A stretch of 63,534 nucleotides of DNA, counting the filler. It is 5 parts of 5 records of this genome, joined end to end, with 100 filler letters (N's around TTAATTAATTAA, not from the genome) between each part and the next. Parts side by side here need not be neighbours in the genome. Positions count along the whole stretch, not along the records: positions 1 to 23,191 come from SRR22947725_358; positions 23,292 to 40,740 come from SRR22947725_375; 3 more parts are not named here. One strand, given 5' to 3'. How positions within the stretch are numbered: position 1 is the stretch's first letter; each line of letters starts with the position of its first letter. Below, piece after piece: positions 16,909-27,552 of this stretch. The notes beneath the pieces were generated by a model, which was given only the letters and a program-made list of their open reading frames with translations, was not told where the DNA came from and did not search any database. The position numbers and the translations under genes were made by a program.

Positions 16909-19491
16909 ATGAAATCAGAATCTCCAAAAGCCACCAGCTCAGAAATGTGGTCACCATTGGCTGGGATAAGAACTGTTTTTCATCATGAATTAAGGCAGCG
17001 TGTTTTTAATTTTTCAACAGCAATTTTTTTATCTGGAATACTATTTTTTCTATCGGTATGTATCTTTCTTGTCGGAGATTTCTTAGACACAAATTTGGCA
17101 ACGTTAACGTTGCAATGGCAGTTCTTACCGTGGATTTCGGTAATTTTTTTACCCGCTTTGGCAATGCGAAGTTTTCAGGGCAAAAACCTAGGAGATGTCG
17201 GCTTGATACTCTCCTACCCAATTCCAGCATATTCCACCATTATTGGAAAATGGCTCGCTGGAATAGTGTTGATAGCTTGCGCCTTGGCCCTGACCTTTCC
17301 ATTCGTAATAACGGTAACGTCAATTGGCACACCTGATCTGGGTATATTAGTTTCAGGCTACCTAGGTGCTTTTCTTGCACTATCGTTACTTTACTCAGTA
17401 GCGTTACTAGCGTCGGCGATATGTAAAGAAGAAATAAGTTCGTTTTTACTTGGCTCAAGTTTGATTTTTATCCTTCTTTTTACAGACGTAAATGCTGTGC
17501 AAACTTCATTAGTCCCTGATTGGTTTAAGTATGTAGGCCATTATCTTTTTGTGATTAGCCCAAAACATTGGATGGATGAATTAACAACCGGTCAAATCAG
17601 TTTGTCAGCAGTGCTATACTTTATTCTCCTGACATCTCTAGCGTTATTATTAGCCTGTCAACAAATGCGTGGGTACTATTCGGCACCAAAACATCCGTTT
17701 GCCCCTTTTATATCCGGCATTGTTGGCTTGTTTCTCTGTGCTGCATTCGTTGGCAGCGCGGCGCGCGGTATTGAAAATTTTGATCTGAAATTCGACGTCA
17801 CTGAGCACAAAGAATATACGTTTAGGCAAGGGACTTTAGAAATTGCAAAAAATAGTTCAAGCGACACCCAAGTAACTCTCTACGTTAGTGAAGACAAAAG
17901 TTTAATACCACCTCAAATCGTTCAGCATATTGATCGAGTTTCTCGGGCACTTTCAAACCTAACAAAACAGAGCGATGGCCGTATCAACTCTAAGTCTGTT
18001 CTCTTAAAGCCAGATACTGATTTGGCAGAGGCCGCAGAGTTGGCAGGCATTAGAAAAATACCAATGAGTTCTGGCGACAGTTTATATTTTGGTGCTGTTT
18101 TCACATCAGGTGGTAAACAACTAGTAACAAGCTATTTTGATGTTAACCGAGCAACTTCTCTTGAATATGACCTAGCTCTCCAATTGAGTAATTTATCTAG
18201 AAGCAAAACCCCACACATTGGTGTTTTGTCGTCGGTATTGAAACCAGCGAATATAGACACACCGCACGCCGGCTTGTCAGTTTTGGAAGAATTAAAAAGC
18301 CAATATGATGTGTCTATAATACCTTATTTTTCTGATGGCTTAACAGAAACGTATGATGTTTTGATCGTATTCGATGCGCCAGTCGTCAGAAAAGAAACCC
18401 TCAAGGACATTGACCTACACATACAAAGTGGGAAGGGAGCAATTTTGATGCTGGACCCTTTCCAGCGTATGAACAGCGCGAATGCTAAACTGTCGATCAA
18501 GCCATCAACAGATGGGCAAATCAATTCAATTGATGATTTATTACAATCCTACGGCTTAGATTTTTCAAATAGCAAAATCATTGGAGATTTTAAGAACGCC
18601 GCGACAGTGGAGTCCGCTACAGGGCGAAACTTTTCATACCCCTACTGGCTTCAAATCAAAGGCAATAATATTTCTAAAAAACACATTGTCTCTGACAATT
18701 TAAAAGAACTTTTGTTTGCTGAAGCTGGTTTTTTTGAGACAAACAAAAAAGATATTGACGTTCAACCAATCATTCTAACCAGTACCGAGACAAATTTTCT
18801 TAGCAAACGAGAATTGCGTGAAAAGTCTACTGAAACTCTGGCTACAGAGTTTAAAGCCACAAGTGAGGTACGTAAGATAATTGCTCTGCATTTATCCGGA
18901 CAAGTGGACTCACCATATGGGCAAACAAAAAATGAAACAAACAAGCCCGCCTCCTCAATATTCGCAATAGCCGATGTTGATTGGATTTATAACGGCTTTA
19001 GCCTAGCCGACGCACGGATGGGTGATCGAGCCTTCTCACGTCCAATAAATGATAACCACAAGCTGTTTTTAAATATGGTTGAGCATATAGCTGGCGACCC
19101 TAACCTCATGAACATCCGTTCAAGGGAAAGCCCTGTCAGGACATTTACCGCAATAGAGGAAATGCTTTTCGAGAGTCGAAAAGCGTACTACAAGCGAGAG
19201 GCTGACTTCGTGTCACGCATAAGCAACACTGAGGCAAGCATCACCAAAGTTTTAGAGATGACTGGGGCAAAAAGTGTTGAAGAACTGCCATTAACATTGA
19301 GGACCCAAATAAAAGACTTACGCTCAGCAGCATATCCGATAAGACGCGAATTGCGTGAAATTCGTTTAAAAATGCGTGAGGGTATCAATAGAAAGTTCAA
19401 AAATATCACCCTAATTAACCTGTTATCAGGCCCAGTCTTAACTCTAGTCCTATTTCTGTTTGTTCGGCGCTTTCGCCGAACACAGGATTGA
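16909..19491 (+). CDS. fused ABC-2 permease (GldF-like) and ABC auxiliary domain (GldG-like)
   Basis: N-terminal ~6 TM domain (FLPALAMR, IIGKWLA), then DVTEHKEYT, YFGAV, LEYDL, ADVDW and a C-terminal TM helix. Confidence 0.8.
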   Translation: MKSESPKATSSEMWSPLAGIRTVFHHELRQRVFNFSTAIFLSGILFFLSVCIFLVGDFLDTNLATLTLQWQFLPWISVIFLPALAMRSFQGKNLGDVGLILSYPIPAYSTIIGKWLAGIVLIACALALTFPFVITVTSIGTPDLGILVSGYLGAFLALSLLYSVALLASAICKEEISSFLLGSSLIFILLFTDVNAVQTSLVPDWFKYVGHYLFVISPKHWMDELTTGQISLSAVLYFILLTSLALLLACQQMRGYYSAPKHPFAPFISGIVGLFLCAAFVGSAARGIENFDLKFDVTEHKEYTFRQGTLEIAKNSSSDTQVTLYVSEDKSLIPPQIVQHIDRVSRALSNLTKQSDGRINSKSVLLKPDTDLAEAAELAGIRKIPMSSGDSLYFGAVFTSGGKQLVTSYFDVNRATSLEYDLALQLSNLSRSKTPHIGVLSSVLKPANIDTPHAGLSVLEELKSQYDVSIIPYFSDGLTETYDVLIVFDAPVVRKETLKDIDLHIQSGKGAILMLDPFQRMNSANAKLSIKPSTDGQINSIDDLLQSYGLDFSNSKIIGDFKNAATVESATGRNFSYPYWLQIKGNNISKKHIVSDNLKELLFAEAGFFETNKKDIDVQPIILTSTETNFLSKRELREKSTETLATEFKATSEVRKIIALHLSGQVDSPYGQTKNETNKPASSIFAIADVDWIYNGFSLADARMGDRAFSRPINDNHKLFLNMVEHIAGDPNLMNIRSRESPVRTFTAIEEMLFESRKAYYKREADFVSRISNTEASITKVLEMTGAKSVEELPLTLRTQIKDLRSAAYPIRRELREIRLKMREGINRKFKNITLINLLSGPVLTLVLFLFVRRFRRTQD

Positions 19492-19504
19492 TTTTGTTAA
19501 GCGC

Positions 19505-20632
19505 ATGGAAGAAGCCGCCTTTCCCCAACCAGTTAGGACAAGCCCCCTAGCGCGCCTCCATAAAAGTATGGGTGCCGTATCACTACTCTGGAATAACATG
19601 TTCGTGCCAGCGCGTTACACCTCGGACATCAACTCTGAACACTTCGCTATTAGGACAAATGCTGGTTTAACTGACATGACTGGAATCCATAAGGTTTTTC
19701 TGTCAGGGATAGAAGCTTTTGAATTCTTAAACCACACAGTGACCAGGGATTTAACAACGGTTAAGCCTGGAAATGCAGTTTATACTGTTCTCTTGAACAA
19801 TGTCGGGAAAGTAATCGACGATGCCATCGTTTTTCATTTGGACGACCAGGCCAAGACCGTTTTTAAAGCAGAATGGTTAATTTGTCTGGGTGCTGGAAAT
19901 GGACTCGAATATATACAAAGAAAAGCTCAAAAACAGAACCTCGACATTCATCATGGCGACAACATAGTGTGTTTGCTTTTACAAGGGCCACGGGCAAACA
20001 CTATAATCTTACCACTCCTAACATTCCTCGACAGCGATGCGCCTCAAAGGTTTCAGCACAAGCTTGCAGAAATTGGCGGTTACTTCGCCCTGTTATCAAG
20101 AACAAGTTATTCTGGAGAAGATGGCTTTGAAATTTTTGTTGAAAAAGAGGCAGCAACAAAAATCTGGTTCCTGTTGATTTCTAAAGGGGCCATCCCAGTC
20201 GGTTTTGACGCGCTCAACATTGCCAGAATTGAGGCTGGGCTTTTATTTTTTGGGCAAGACATAACTGGCAATGAAACACCGACGGAACTCGGCTTAAATT
20301 TTGTTGTTGATTTTGATGATCACAACTTTAGAGGAAAAAAAGCGTGCTTAGAGGACTGGGAAAAGCCAAAAATAAAAGCTGTGGGTATCACATTTGGATC
20401 TGAAATTTTTGAACTTGAAGAAAAGGAACTTGTTATCAATGGGCAGGTAAGAGGCCTCATCCAAAGTTACGCTAGGTCTGAGTGGTTAAAAAAAACGATA
20501 GGCATCGCTCACATAGACACTAAATACGCTACTGATCGTCAGCAATTTCAAGTTTTTCAAGATGATGACGATGCTAAACCGCCGATTTACGTAACGGTAT
20601 GCTCTCGTAGGTTTTATAACCAACTTTTATAA
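19505..20632 (+). CDS. GcvT-family aminomethyltransferase (THF-dependent)
   Basis: RTSPL, AGLTDMT, LQGP, RTSYSGEDGFE, ARIEAGL. Confidence 0.85.
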   Translation: MEEAAFPQPVRTSPLARLHKSMGAVSLLWNNMFVPARYTSDINSEHFAIRTNAGLTDMTGIHKVFLSGIEAFEFLNHTVTRDLTTVKPGNAVYTVLLNNVGKVIDDAIVFHLDDQAKTVFKAEWLICLGAGNGLEYIQRKAQKQNLDIHHGDNIVCLLLQGPRANTIILPLLTFLDSDAPQRFQHKLAEIGGYFALLSRTSYSGEDGFEIFVEKEAATKIWFLLISKGAIPVGFDALNIARIEAGLLFFGQDITGNETPTELGLNFVVDFDDHNFRGKKACLEDWEKPKIKAVGITFGSEIFELEEKELVINGQVRGLIQSYARSEWLKKTIGIAHIDTKYATDRQQFQVFQDDDDAKPPIYVTVCSRRFYNQLL

Positions 20633-20694
20633 AAAGTTACTGAGTTAGATATTTTTTTGAATTGCTTTTCCAATAAAAGCCAAGGACAGATGTC

Positions 20695-21651
20695 TTACGC
20701 TTTAATATAAATAGCCGCCAATGCCAAGGATGCCAAGCGCGCAGCAGGTGGATCAGACCGGCTTGTTAAAATAATCGGGATTGCTCCGCCAAGAACTAGC
20801 CCAGCGGCGAGACCGCCTCCAAACCAGACGATTGATTTAAATAAGATATTGCCAGATACAATATCTGGCACAACAAGGCCGTCTGCAACGCCTGCAACTG
20901 GCCCCTCAACGCATTTCATGGCAACCGCCTTCGGCGATACCGCTAAATCAAATGATAACGGACCAGCAAAATCAGCCTTTGTATCAATGGCACCTGCCCG
21001 CAGCGCAATCTCAGCCGCTTCAACGCTGGATGGAATCCCCGGCAAAATTGACTCAGTGGCTGACAAAACGGCAATGCGAGGCCGCGGCTGGTCAAGACGG
21101 CGGCTCATTTCAGCCATATACAATGCCGCTTCAACGCGTGTCTCTATATCAGGGGCAACATTGACCGCAGCATCACTGATAATCAAAGGGCGGCCACCTG
21201 CTGGCGGCAGCATCACAAATAAATGTACGAGCCTTTTGCCACTGCGTATGCCTGCGGCTCGTTTTACTAATCCACCCATAAACACATCTGTGTGAAGCTG
21301 GCCCTTTGCGATACCGGCAACACGCCCTTCGCCAAATAGTGCAATCGCCGCAGCAATCGCCCCATCTTCGCCTTCGGCCGGTATGATTTCAATACCATCA
21401 AGATTCCAGCCAATGGCAGCCGCATCTCTCTCGATGACATCAGCTTCACCAATAAGGATTGGTACTGCTAATTTTGCCATCGCGGCGGCGCGTGCCGTTT
21501 CCAATGTTGCTTCGCCAATGGCACGGACAAATCCAAATGGTTTTGGTGCAGATGACGAGGCCAGTTCCAGCAGTTCTGGTGGGCAAGCCATATCACCTGT
21601 AGCCAGAAAACGGCTGGCTGTTGAGCTGGAAGTTTCGGTGCGGTTCGGCAT
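20695..21651 (-). CDS. pta: phosphate acetyl/butyryltransferase
   Basis: KGQLHT, ISDAAVNVAP, GPLSFDLAVS, PDIVSGNILFK, LTSRSD. ATG 21651 has an AGGA RBS. Confidence 0.85.
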   Translation of the reverse strand: MPNRTETSSSTASRFLATGDMACPPELLELASSSAPKPFGFVRAIGEATLETARAAAMAKLAVPILIGEADVIERDAAAIGWNLDGIEIIPAEGEDGAIAAAIALFGEGRVAGIAKGQLHTDVFMGGLVKRAAGIRSGKRLVHLFVMLPPAGGRPLIISDAAVNVAPDIETRVEAALYMAEMSRRLDQPRPRIAVLSATESILPGIPSSVEAAEIALRAGAIDTKADFAGPLSFDLAVSPKAVAMKCVEGPVAGVADGLVVPDIVSGNILFKSIVWFGGGLAAGLVLGGAIPIILTSRSDPPAARLASLALAAIYIKA

Positions 21652-21888
21652 TTTATTCCTATTGCGGGACCCTGCAAAGCAAGCATAAATTTTTATCCAG
21701 CGACATCGCCTTTTGGATTTTACAAGATCAAGGCTCGATAACCGGTGCTGGACGAACAGCACAAAGCTCGACAGTGGTAACATATGCCATAACCGCCGCC
21801 AATCTCAAAGCGCCGATTAGAACCAGATCACGCTATTTCCAGTATCAGTTGCGCCTATCCCAATTGCGGCTGTGCGGTTGCTTGCCAG

Positions 21889-23191
21889 TCAGAGTTTTAA
21901 TTTTCGCATGTTTGCCGCAAGCCGCGCAATGCCCTCGGGAATACGGTCTGCCGAAATTGCCGAATAGGAAAGGCGGAAATAATTAAGCGGCGATGTATCA
22001 CGATCAAAAAACACATCACCCGGCTCGATCAACACACCAACTTGCATCGCACGTTCTGCCAAAATACGTGAATCAAGCCATGGAGGCCCGCTGACCCAAA
22101 AGCTGGTTCCTCCAAAATGCGCGGCGCTGTGGGAGAACAACCCTTCAGCATCAATTGCGGTTTGCAACACCCGCCGACGTTCGGCGAGATGGCGGCGAAG
22201 GCGACGAATTTGCGCATCATAATGGCCAAGCGCCATAAAATAGGCCAGCGTACGCTGCGCATGACCAGGCGGATGCCGTAAAATCAAATGGCGAAGGGCC
22301 CGCGCTTGCTGGATCAAACCTTCTGGCGCCACCATATAGCCAAGACGCAGTCCGGGAAAAACTGATTTTGACAAGCTGCCAACATAGATCACACGGCCAT
22401 CAGTATCTTGGGCCTTTAACGCTGCTGTTGGCGCCTCCAAAAAATTCATTTCAAACTCATAATCATCTTCAATGATCAGCAAATCATGCTGCGCCGCCAT
22501 ATCGAGCAATTGCCGCCGACGTGATGATGACATGGTATGTGTTGTCGGACATTGATGTGACGGCGTGATAAAAACTGAATCTGCATGCCGAAGCACATCC
22601 TCATCAAGAATTAATCCACCTGAGTCGACTGGCAAGGCCGCGATTGATTTTGTTCGTTGTAATAAAATATCACGCAAATCAGGATAAAACGGACTTTCAA
22701 TCACAACATGTTTGGATGCGTCGACAAGCAGCTGGGCAACAAGATAAAGTGCATTTTGCGCGCCCAACGTCACCAAAATCTGTTCTGGTCGTGCCCTAAT
22801 CCCCCGCCGTAGAAGACTTCGCGAACAAATATAATTGACCAGCATCGGATCATCATGCTGGCCAAAATCGCCAACCATCGTGCTGAAATTACGCATGCCT
22901 AGCGCCTGACGCGCGCAATCACGCCACTCAGAATGCGGAAATAATTCATCATCCACCTGACCATAGACAAAGGGATAGGGATATTCTCGCCAATTGACTG
23001 GCTTTTGGACAGGCCGGATGTAGCTGCAAGATTGCACCAGCTTGGTATCCCAATCAATTTTGCCATTCGCAGCATCATTATTTTCTACAGGATTGGGTTG
23101 ATCACGCAGTTGTTGGGCACCCGGTGTATCAACAAGCCGTGTCGTTGGCGCATCCTCATTTACAACATAACCAGACCGTTCGCGCGGCTGT
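21889..23191 (-). CDS. tauR: MocR/GntR PLP-dependent regulator (TauR-like), 5' truncated
   Basis: The frame is open to the contig edge (RERSGY, end of the wHTH). Also TPSHQCPT, EDDYE, GSLSKSVFPGLRLGY. Lies upstream of pta. Confidence 0.78.
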
Positions 23192-23291
23192 NNNNNNNNN
23201 NNNNNNNNNNNNNNNNNNNNNNNNNNNNNNNNNNNTTAATTAATTAANNNNNNNNNNNNNNNNNNNNNNNNNNNNNNNNNNNNNNNNNNNN
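23192..23291. other. synthetic contig linker N44-TTAATTAATTAA-N44
   Basis: Six-frame stop spacer. Genes are truncated on both sides. Confidence 0.97.
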
Positions 23292-24190
23292 ATAACAACA
23301 TCAATTTCATCCCTAGGCCATTGAGATTTAATTTTTTCTGCAAGTTTTTCACCCATTCTTAGGCGTGATTTATAAACTGAAATATTATCAATAATAGAGT
23401 CAGGCCTTGCAAAATAAACAAATTCAAAAATACAAGGAGAGAGCCTCGAGTTAGCTGAGCACTGATGGGAGTGGACTTGGCCTTTGCGATCAATCACTAC
23501 TGTCTCGCCAGGGTCAACATCGCGTGTAATCTTATAACCAAGAGCAGTCAAAGCAACGCTCTCTGAAGTTAGCATATATTTAGTACCCTCTGTAGTAGTT
23601 CTTTCACCAAGTATCAATGGTCTGATTCCGTTAGGATCTCTAAATCCAAAAATTCCATAGCCTGGGATCATTCCAATAGCTGCATACGCCCCCTTTACTC
23701 TTTGATGGAGCTTAGTTACTGCTTTAAAAATATCTCTTTCATTGATTCTATGTTTTTGCTCTTCAGCAATTTCACTCGCCAAGATATTAAGTAGAATTTC
23801 GGAATCTGAATTGGTATTAATATGACGAAGATCTTGCTCAAAAATTTCTTGAGCCAGAGTTTCTGCATTGGTTAGGTTGCCATTGTGTGCAAATGCAATT
23901 CCATAGGGTGAGTTGACATAAAAAGGTTGCGCCTCAGCCTCTGAAGAGCTTCCTGCAGTTGGATAGCGTATGTGTCCAATACCCATATCACCTATCAGTT
24001 TTTCCATATGCTTTGTTCTAAATACATTTCGAACAAGGCCATTACCCTTTCTCATATAAAAACGACCTTTATTGGCTGTTGTTATTCCTGCGGCATCTTG
24101 ACCGCGATGTTGAATAATTGTTAATGCATCATAGATGTATAAACCAACATCTTTTTTAGTTGTGGAGAGAATACCAATAATTCCGCACAT
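23292..24190 (-). CDS. purF: amidophosphoribosyltransferase, 3' truncated
   Basis: MCGIIG, QHRGQDAAG, GHIRYPTAG, HNGNL, CIFEFVYFARPDS. Confidence 0.96.
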
Positions 24191-24193
24191 ATA

Positions 24194-25090
24194 TTAATCC
24201 TTCAAAATTTCACTTTCTATAAATTCAACAACAACATCACCCGGGTCAAGCTCTACAAAAAGAAGATACTTGGATAAGACGGGCTTAACGTCAACAGACC
24301 AGTCCTGAAATGTTCTTAATGCACCACTCGTTTCAACCCACGCATGGTTTTGTGTAACCCAACTCATGTTTTGTAAAATAAGAACAACGATAAGAACAAA
24401 AGTACCACCTATAAACAAACCTAGAATGGCTCCAAAAAATTTATTCTTTAGGCCATCAACATTTCTAGCATTAATAAGAGTATCTAAGGAACTTAATGCG
24501 CTTAATATACCCTCATATACTGGCGCCATAATGGAAGGATTTTCTGTATCAACTTTAATATTAAGAAGTTTTGATAGGGCAAATAATCCAGCCATTAAGA
24601 TTGCGAAAATTAGGACAAAAGACACAAAACTTCTGAGTGACTCGTTAGTGATTATTGCTTCAATAGTTTTAATGTCTGAAACTGTTCCTAAAAAGTTAAA
24701 GCTAAATATTCCAACTATCACAAAGATCACTGAATTGGCAAAGGGTCTATTTAGATCATTAGAATTTTGGTTACTTGCCGATGCACTTGCAATTCTGTAT
24801 AAGCCTTTTTTAATGAACCAAGCGCTCAGAAATAGTCCTCCAAAGGAGAGTGCATAAGTAGATTGATTATCTGAGTTAATCCAGCTACTTAGAAAGGTCT
24901 TAGCAAATGGCTCATAGTAGAGCCAAGCTAATATGATTGCAATAATAACAAATATAAAGCTTATGACTTCTTTGGCAAGGCCTTGAATAAAACCTCGAAC
25001 AACAAATATGATAAGAATTAAGAGGGTGAGCCAATCTGACCAAGCCAATATGCTTATTGCACTCCAAACATTGTCAAAAAAATTGCCCAT
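24194..25090 (-). CDS. cvpA: CvpA-family membrane protein, unusually long
   Basis: RGFIQGLAKEVIS and NKFFGAILG motifs. Canonical position immediately upstream of purF. Confidence 0.8.
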   Translation of the reverse strand: MGNFFDNVWSAISILAWSDWLTLLILIIFVVRGFIQGLAKEVISFIFVIIAIILAWLYYEPFAKTFLSSWINSDNQSTYALSFGGLFLSAWFIKKGLYRIASASASNQNSNDLNRPFANSVIFVIVGIFSFNFLGTVSDIKTIEAIITNESLRSFVSFVLIFAILMAGLFALSKLLNIKVDTENPSIMAPVYEGILSALSSLDTLINARNVDGLKNKFFGAILGLFIGGTFVLIVVLILQNMSWVTQNHAWVETSGALRTFQDWSVDVKPVLSKYLLFVELDPGDVVVEFIESEILKD

Positions 25091-25161
25091 GAGCTCCTTG
25101 ATAGATAAAATTGATTTTACAATAGTTTATGATGCTTTGTCGTTCTCTCCAACGACTAATA

Positions 25162-26361
25162 CTATCTGAGTTTATTAATAATTATTGAAGCATCTGCGAT
25201 TGTATAAAAAGAGCCAAAAATAACAATTCTTTCTACCTCTCTAAGAGCTAATGACCCATGAATTGCGCTTTCCATATCTTGGCAGATTGTTGTTGAGTCG
25301 GAGCTTGAAAATTTTTTATTCAATACTTCTGATTCAATTGCTCTCTCTGAGGAAAGGGGGACCAGATACCAATGCTTTATTGCTTTTGAGGCAAGTTCAA
25401 TCATCTCAATAATATCTTTATCTTCGAGCGCTGAAAAAATAGCGACTGTTTGCATCGACGATTTAGATAGAGTTTCTACAAGCGTTTTTACAGCTGCTGG
25501 ATTGTGAGCAACATCCAGAATAATTGTTTTATCTCCAATCTCAACCTTCTCAAATCTTGCTCTAATAGATGCATTTTTGATGCCTTCGCTAATCATACTT
25601 TTAGAAATTGGGTTTTGTACTGCAAGGCTTTCAACTGCTTTGATTGCAACAGCAGCATTGAGTCTCTGATGATCTCCCTCGAGTCCAATTTCATCTTCAT
25701 AGGCCTTGATAACAAGAGTCATATCAGTACCAATTTCTTTTGCATACGACATTAAGCTTTGAGGAGGGTCCTGATCTCCGCAAATGCAAGGCCTAGAGCC
25801 TCTCATCACACCTGCTTTTTCTCTGCCTATAGCCTCCCTAGTGTCTCCTAGGTAATCGGTATGATCGATTGCAATATTTGTGATGACGCTGACATCACTA
25901 TCCACTACATTGACAGAGTCAAGTCGGCCGCCCAGCCCAACTTCGAGTATTGCGATGTCTACCTCAGCCTTTTCAAAAATAATGAAGGCTGCAAGAGTTG
26001 AAAATTCGAAATAGGTTAACTTGATATCTTCTCTTTTGCCTTCAATGATCTCAAAAGCTTCGATTATGACGTCATCAGATGCATCTTCACCATCTACTGC
26101 ATAGCGCTCATTGTATTTCAATAAGTGGGGAGAAGTAGAACGCCCGACTTTATATTTTGATTGCTGGTAAATACTATCAATAAAGGAAACCGTGGAGCCT
26201 TTTCCATTAGTTCCTGCAACTGTAATAACTTTGAAGGGAACGCCATTTGGAAAAAGTTTTTCATAGACTAATTGAACTCTATCAAGTCCTAATACAATCG
26301 TCTCTTCCATAAGGGTTTCTTGCCAGACCAACCATTCATCTAGCGTTTTTTTGCTTGTCAT
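25162..26361 (-). CDS. folC: folylpolyglutamate synthase/dihydrofolate synthase
   Basis: VAGTNGKGS, TSPHL, LEVGLGGRLD, LDVAHNP. Confidence 0.95.
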   Translation of the reverse strand: MTSKKTLDEWLVWQETLMEETIVLGLDRVQLVYEKLFPNGVPFKVITVAGTNGKGSTVSFIDSIYQQSKYKVGRSTSPHLLKYNERYAVDGEDASDDVIIEAFEIIEGKREDIKLTYFEFSTLAAFIIFEKAEVDIAILEVGLGGRLDSVNVVDSDVSVITNIAIDHTDYLGDTREAIGREKAGVMRGSRPCICGDQDPPQSLMSYAKEIGTDMTLVIKAYEDEIGLEGDHQRLNAAVAIKAVESLAVQNPISKSMISEGIKNASIRARFEKVEIGDKTIILDVAHNPAAVKTLVETLSKSSMQTVAIFSALEDKDIIEMIELASKAIKHWYLVPLSSERAIESEVLNKKFSSSDSTTICQDMESAIHGSLALREVERIVIFGSFYTIADASIIINKLR

Positions 26362-26400
26362 TATGAGATATTTATTGCTGATTTTTTTTGAAATAGAGGA

Positions 26401-26853
26401 TTATTTATCTTCCCAAAATTCACCCTCAATAGTGTCATCTTTATTTGATTTTTTTTCACTGCTGTTTGTTCTGTTAATAAAGACTGAGTTTCTTTGCTTA
26501 AAAACGCGCTCAGCATTTTTCTCAAGAAAATGATTAATAAAGTAACTTCTGCTCCAAGGCATTAGACCTAGAAGTCCAAGTGCATCTGTCAGAAAACCAG
26601 GAGTTAGTAAAAGGATTCCAGAAACTAAAATAACGACACCTTCCATCATCTCCATTGCTGGTGTTCTTCCCTCTGACATGCTTTGTTGAGCCTTGGCCAT
26701 AGTTGACCAGCCCTGCTGTCTAAGAAGGCTTGATCCAATAAATGCAGTAATTACAACGAGTAGAACTGTTGAGAGACCGCCAATGGCCTGTCCCACAGAA
26801 ACAAGCACGTATATTTCAGCTAGCGTTACAACAACAAATATAGGAAATAACAT
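26401..26853 (-). CDS. fxsA: FxsA family membrane protein
   Basis: LLLTPGFLTDALG and TIEGEF C-terminus. Confidence 0.9.
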   Translation of the reverse strand: MLFPIFVVVTLAEIYVLVSVGQAIGGLSTVLLVVITAFIGSSLLRQQGWSTMAKAQQSMSEGRTPAMEMMEGVVILVSGILLLTPGFLTDALGLLGLMPWSRSYFINHFLEKNAERVFKQRNSVFINRTNSSEKKSNKDDTIEGEFWEDK

Positions 26854-27552
26854 TTAACCCCCCTTTGTGTTTTTAAAAAGTAAGTCCCAAACACCATGAC
26901 CTAATTTATGACCACGATTTTCGAATTTAGTAAGCGGCCTATCTTTTGGCCTTTCAGAATATATATGGCCTCCTGCAATGTTTTTAAAGTGAGGATGCGC
27001 CTCTAGAGTTTCCATGATATGTTCCGCATAGTTTTCCCAGTCAGTTGCTATATGGACAGTTCCATTGGTTTTTAGTTTTCTCGAAAGGAGATCTAAAAAG
27101 CTTGTTTGGACAATTCTACGCTTATGATGCTTCTTTTTGTGCCAAGGATCAGGAAAAAATAATTGGAAATGCGAAATACTTTCATTAGCGATGTTATTAG
27201 CGATTACCTCTACAGCATCATCTTTGATAATCTTTAGATTGCTGACGTTTTGTTTACTCGCCTCATTAATAATTCTTCCAATTCCAGCCTCATAGACCTC
27301 AATACCAATAAAATTTTGATGAGGCTGATTAATGGCCATCTCAAGAAGGCTGTCACCATTCCCAAAGCCAACTTCAAGCGTAATATCATTTTGCTTTACA
27401 AATATCCTATCAAAGTTGATGAGTTCCTTGTCATTAGTCTCAATCCCAAAATCACTCCATAGATCATTCAGTCCAAGGGATTGGGCTTTTGAAAGTCTGC
27501 CCGACCTTTTAACAAAGCTCTGAATTTTGCGATGGCCTTTTACTTCACTCAT
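26854..27552 (-). CDS. trmB: tRNA (guanine-N7)-methyltransferase
   Basis: LEVGFGNG, FFPDPWHKKKHHKRR, ATDWENY, TKFE. Confidence 0.95.
   Translation of the reverse strand: MSEVKGHRKIQSFVKRSGRLSKAQSLGLNDLWSDFGIETNDKELINFDRIFVKQNDITLEVGFGNGDSLLEMAINQPHQNFIGIEVYEAGIGRIINEASKQNVSNLKIIKDDAVEVIANNIANESISHFQLFFPDPWHKKKHHKRRIVQTSFLDLLSRKLKTNGTVHIATDWENYAEHIMETLEAHPHFKNIAGGHIYSERPKDRPLTKFENRGHKLGHGVWDLLFKNTKGG

Noticed and set aside
16177-19491. Gliding motility system
   Set aside because: GldA/F/G-like ABC modules are widespread in non-gliding bacteria, and no other gld/spr genes are present.
19505-20632. DMSP demethylase DmdA or glycine cleavage T
   Set aside because: Only family-level motifs are visible, there are no gcvH/gcvP neighbours, and I recognise no DmdA-specific sequence.
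23236-23247. TTAATTAATTAA recurring four times as a biological repeat or att site
   Set aside because: It is always centred in N-runs of identical length, so it is an assembly spacer.
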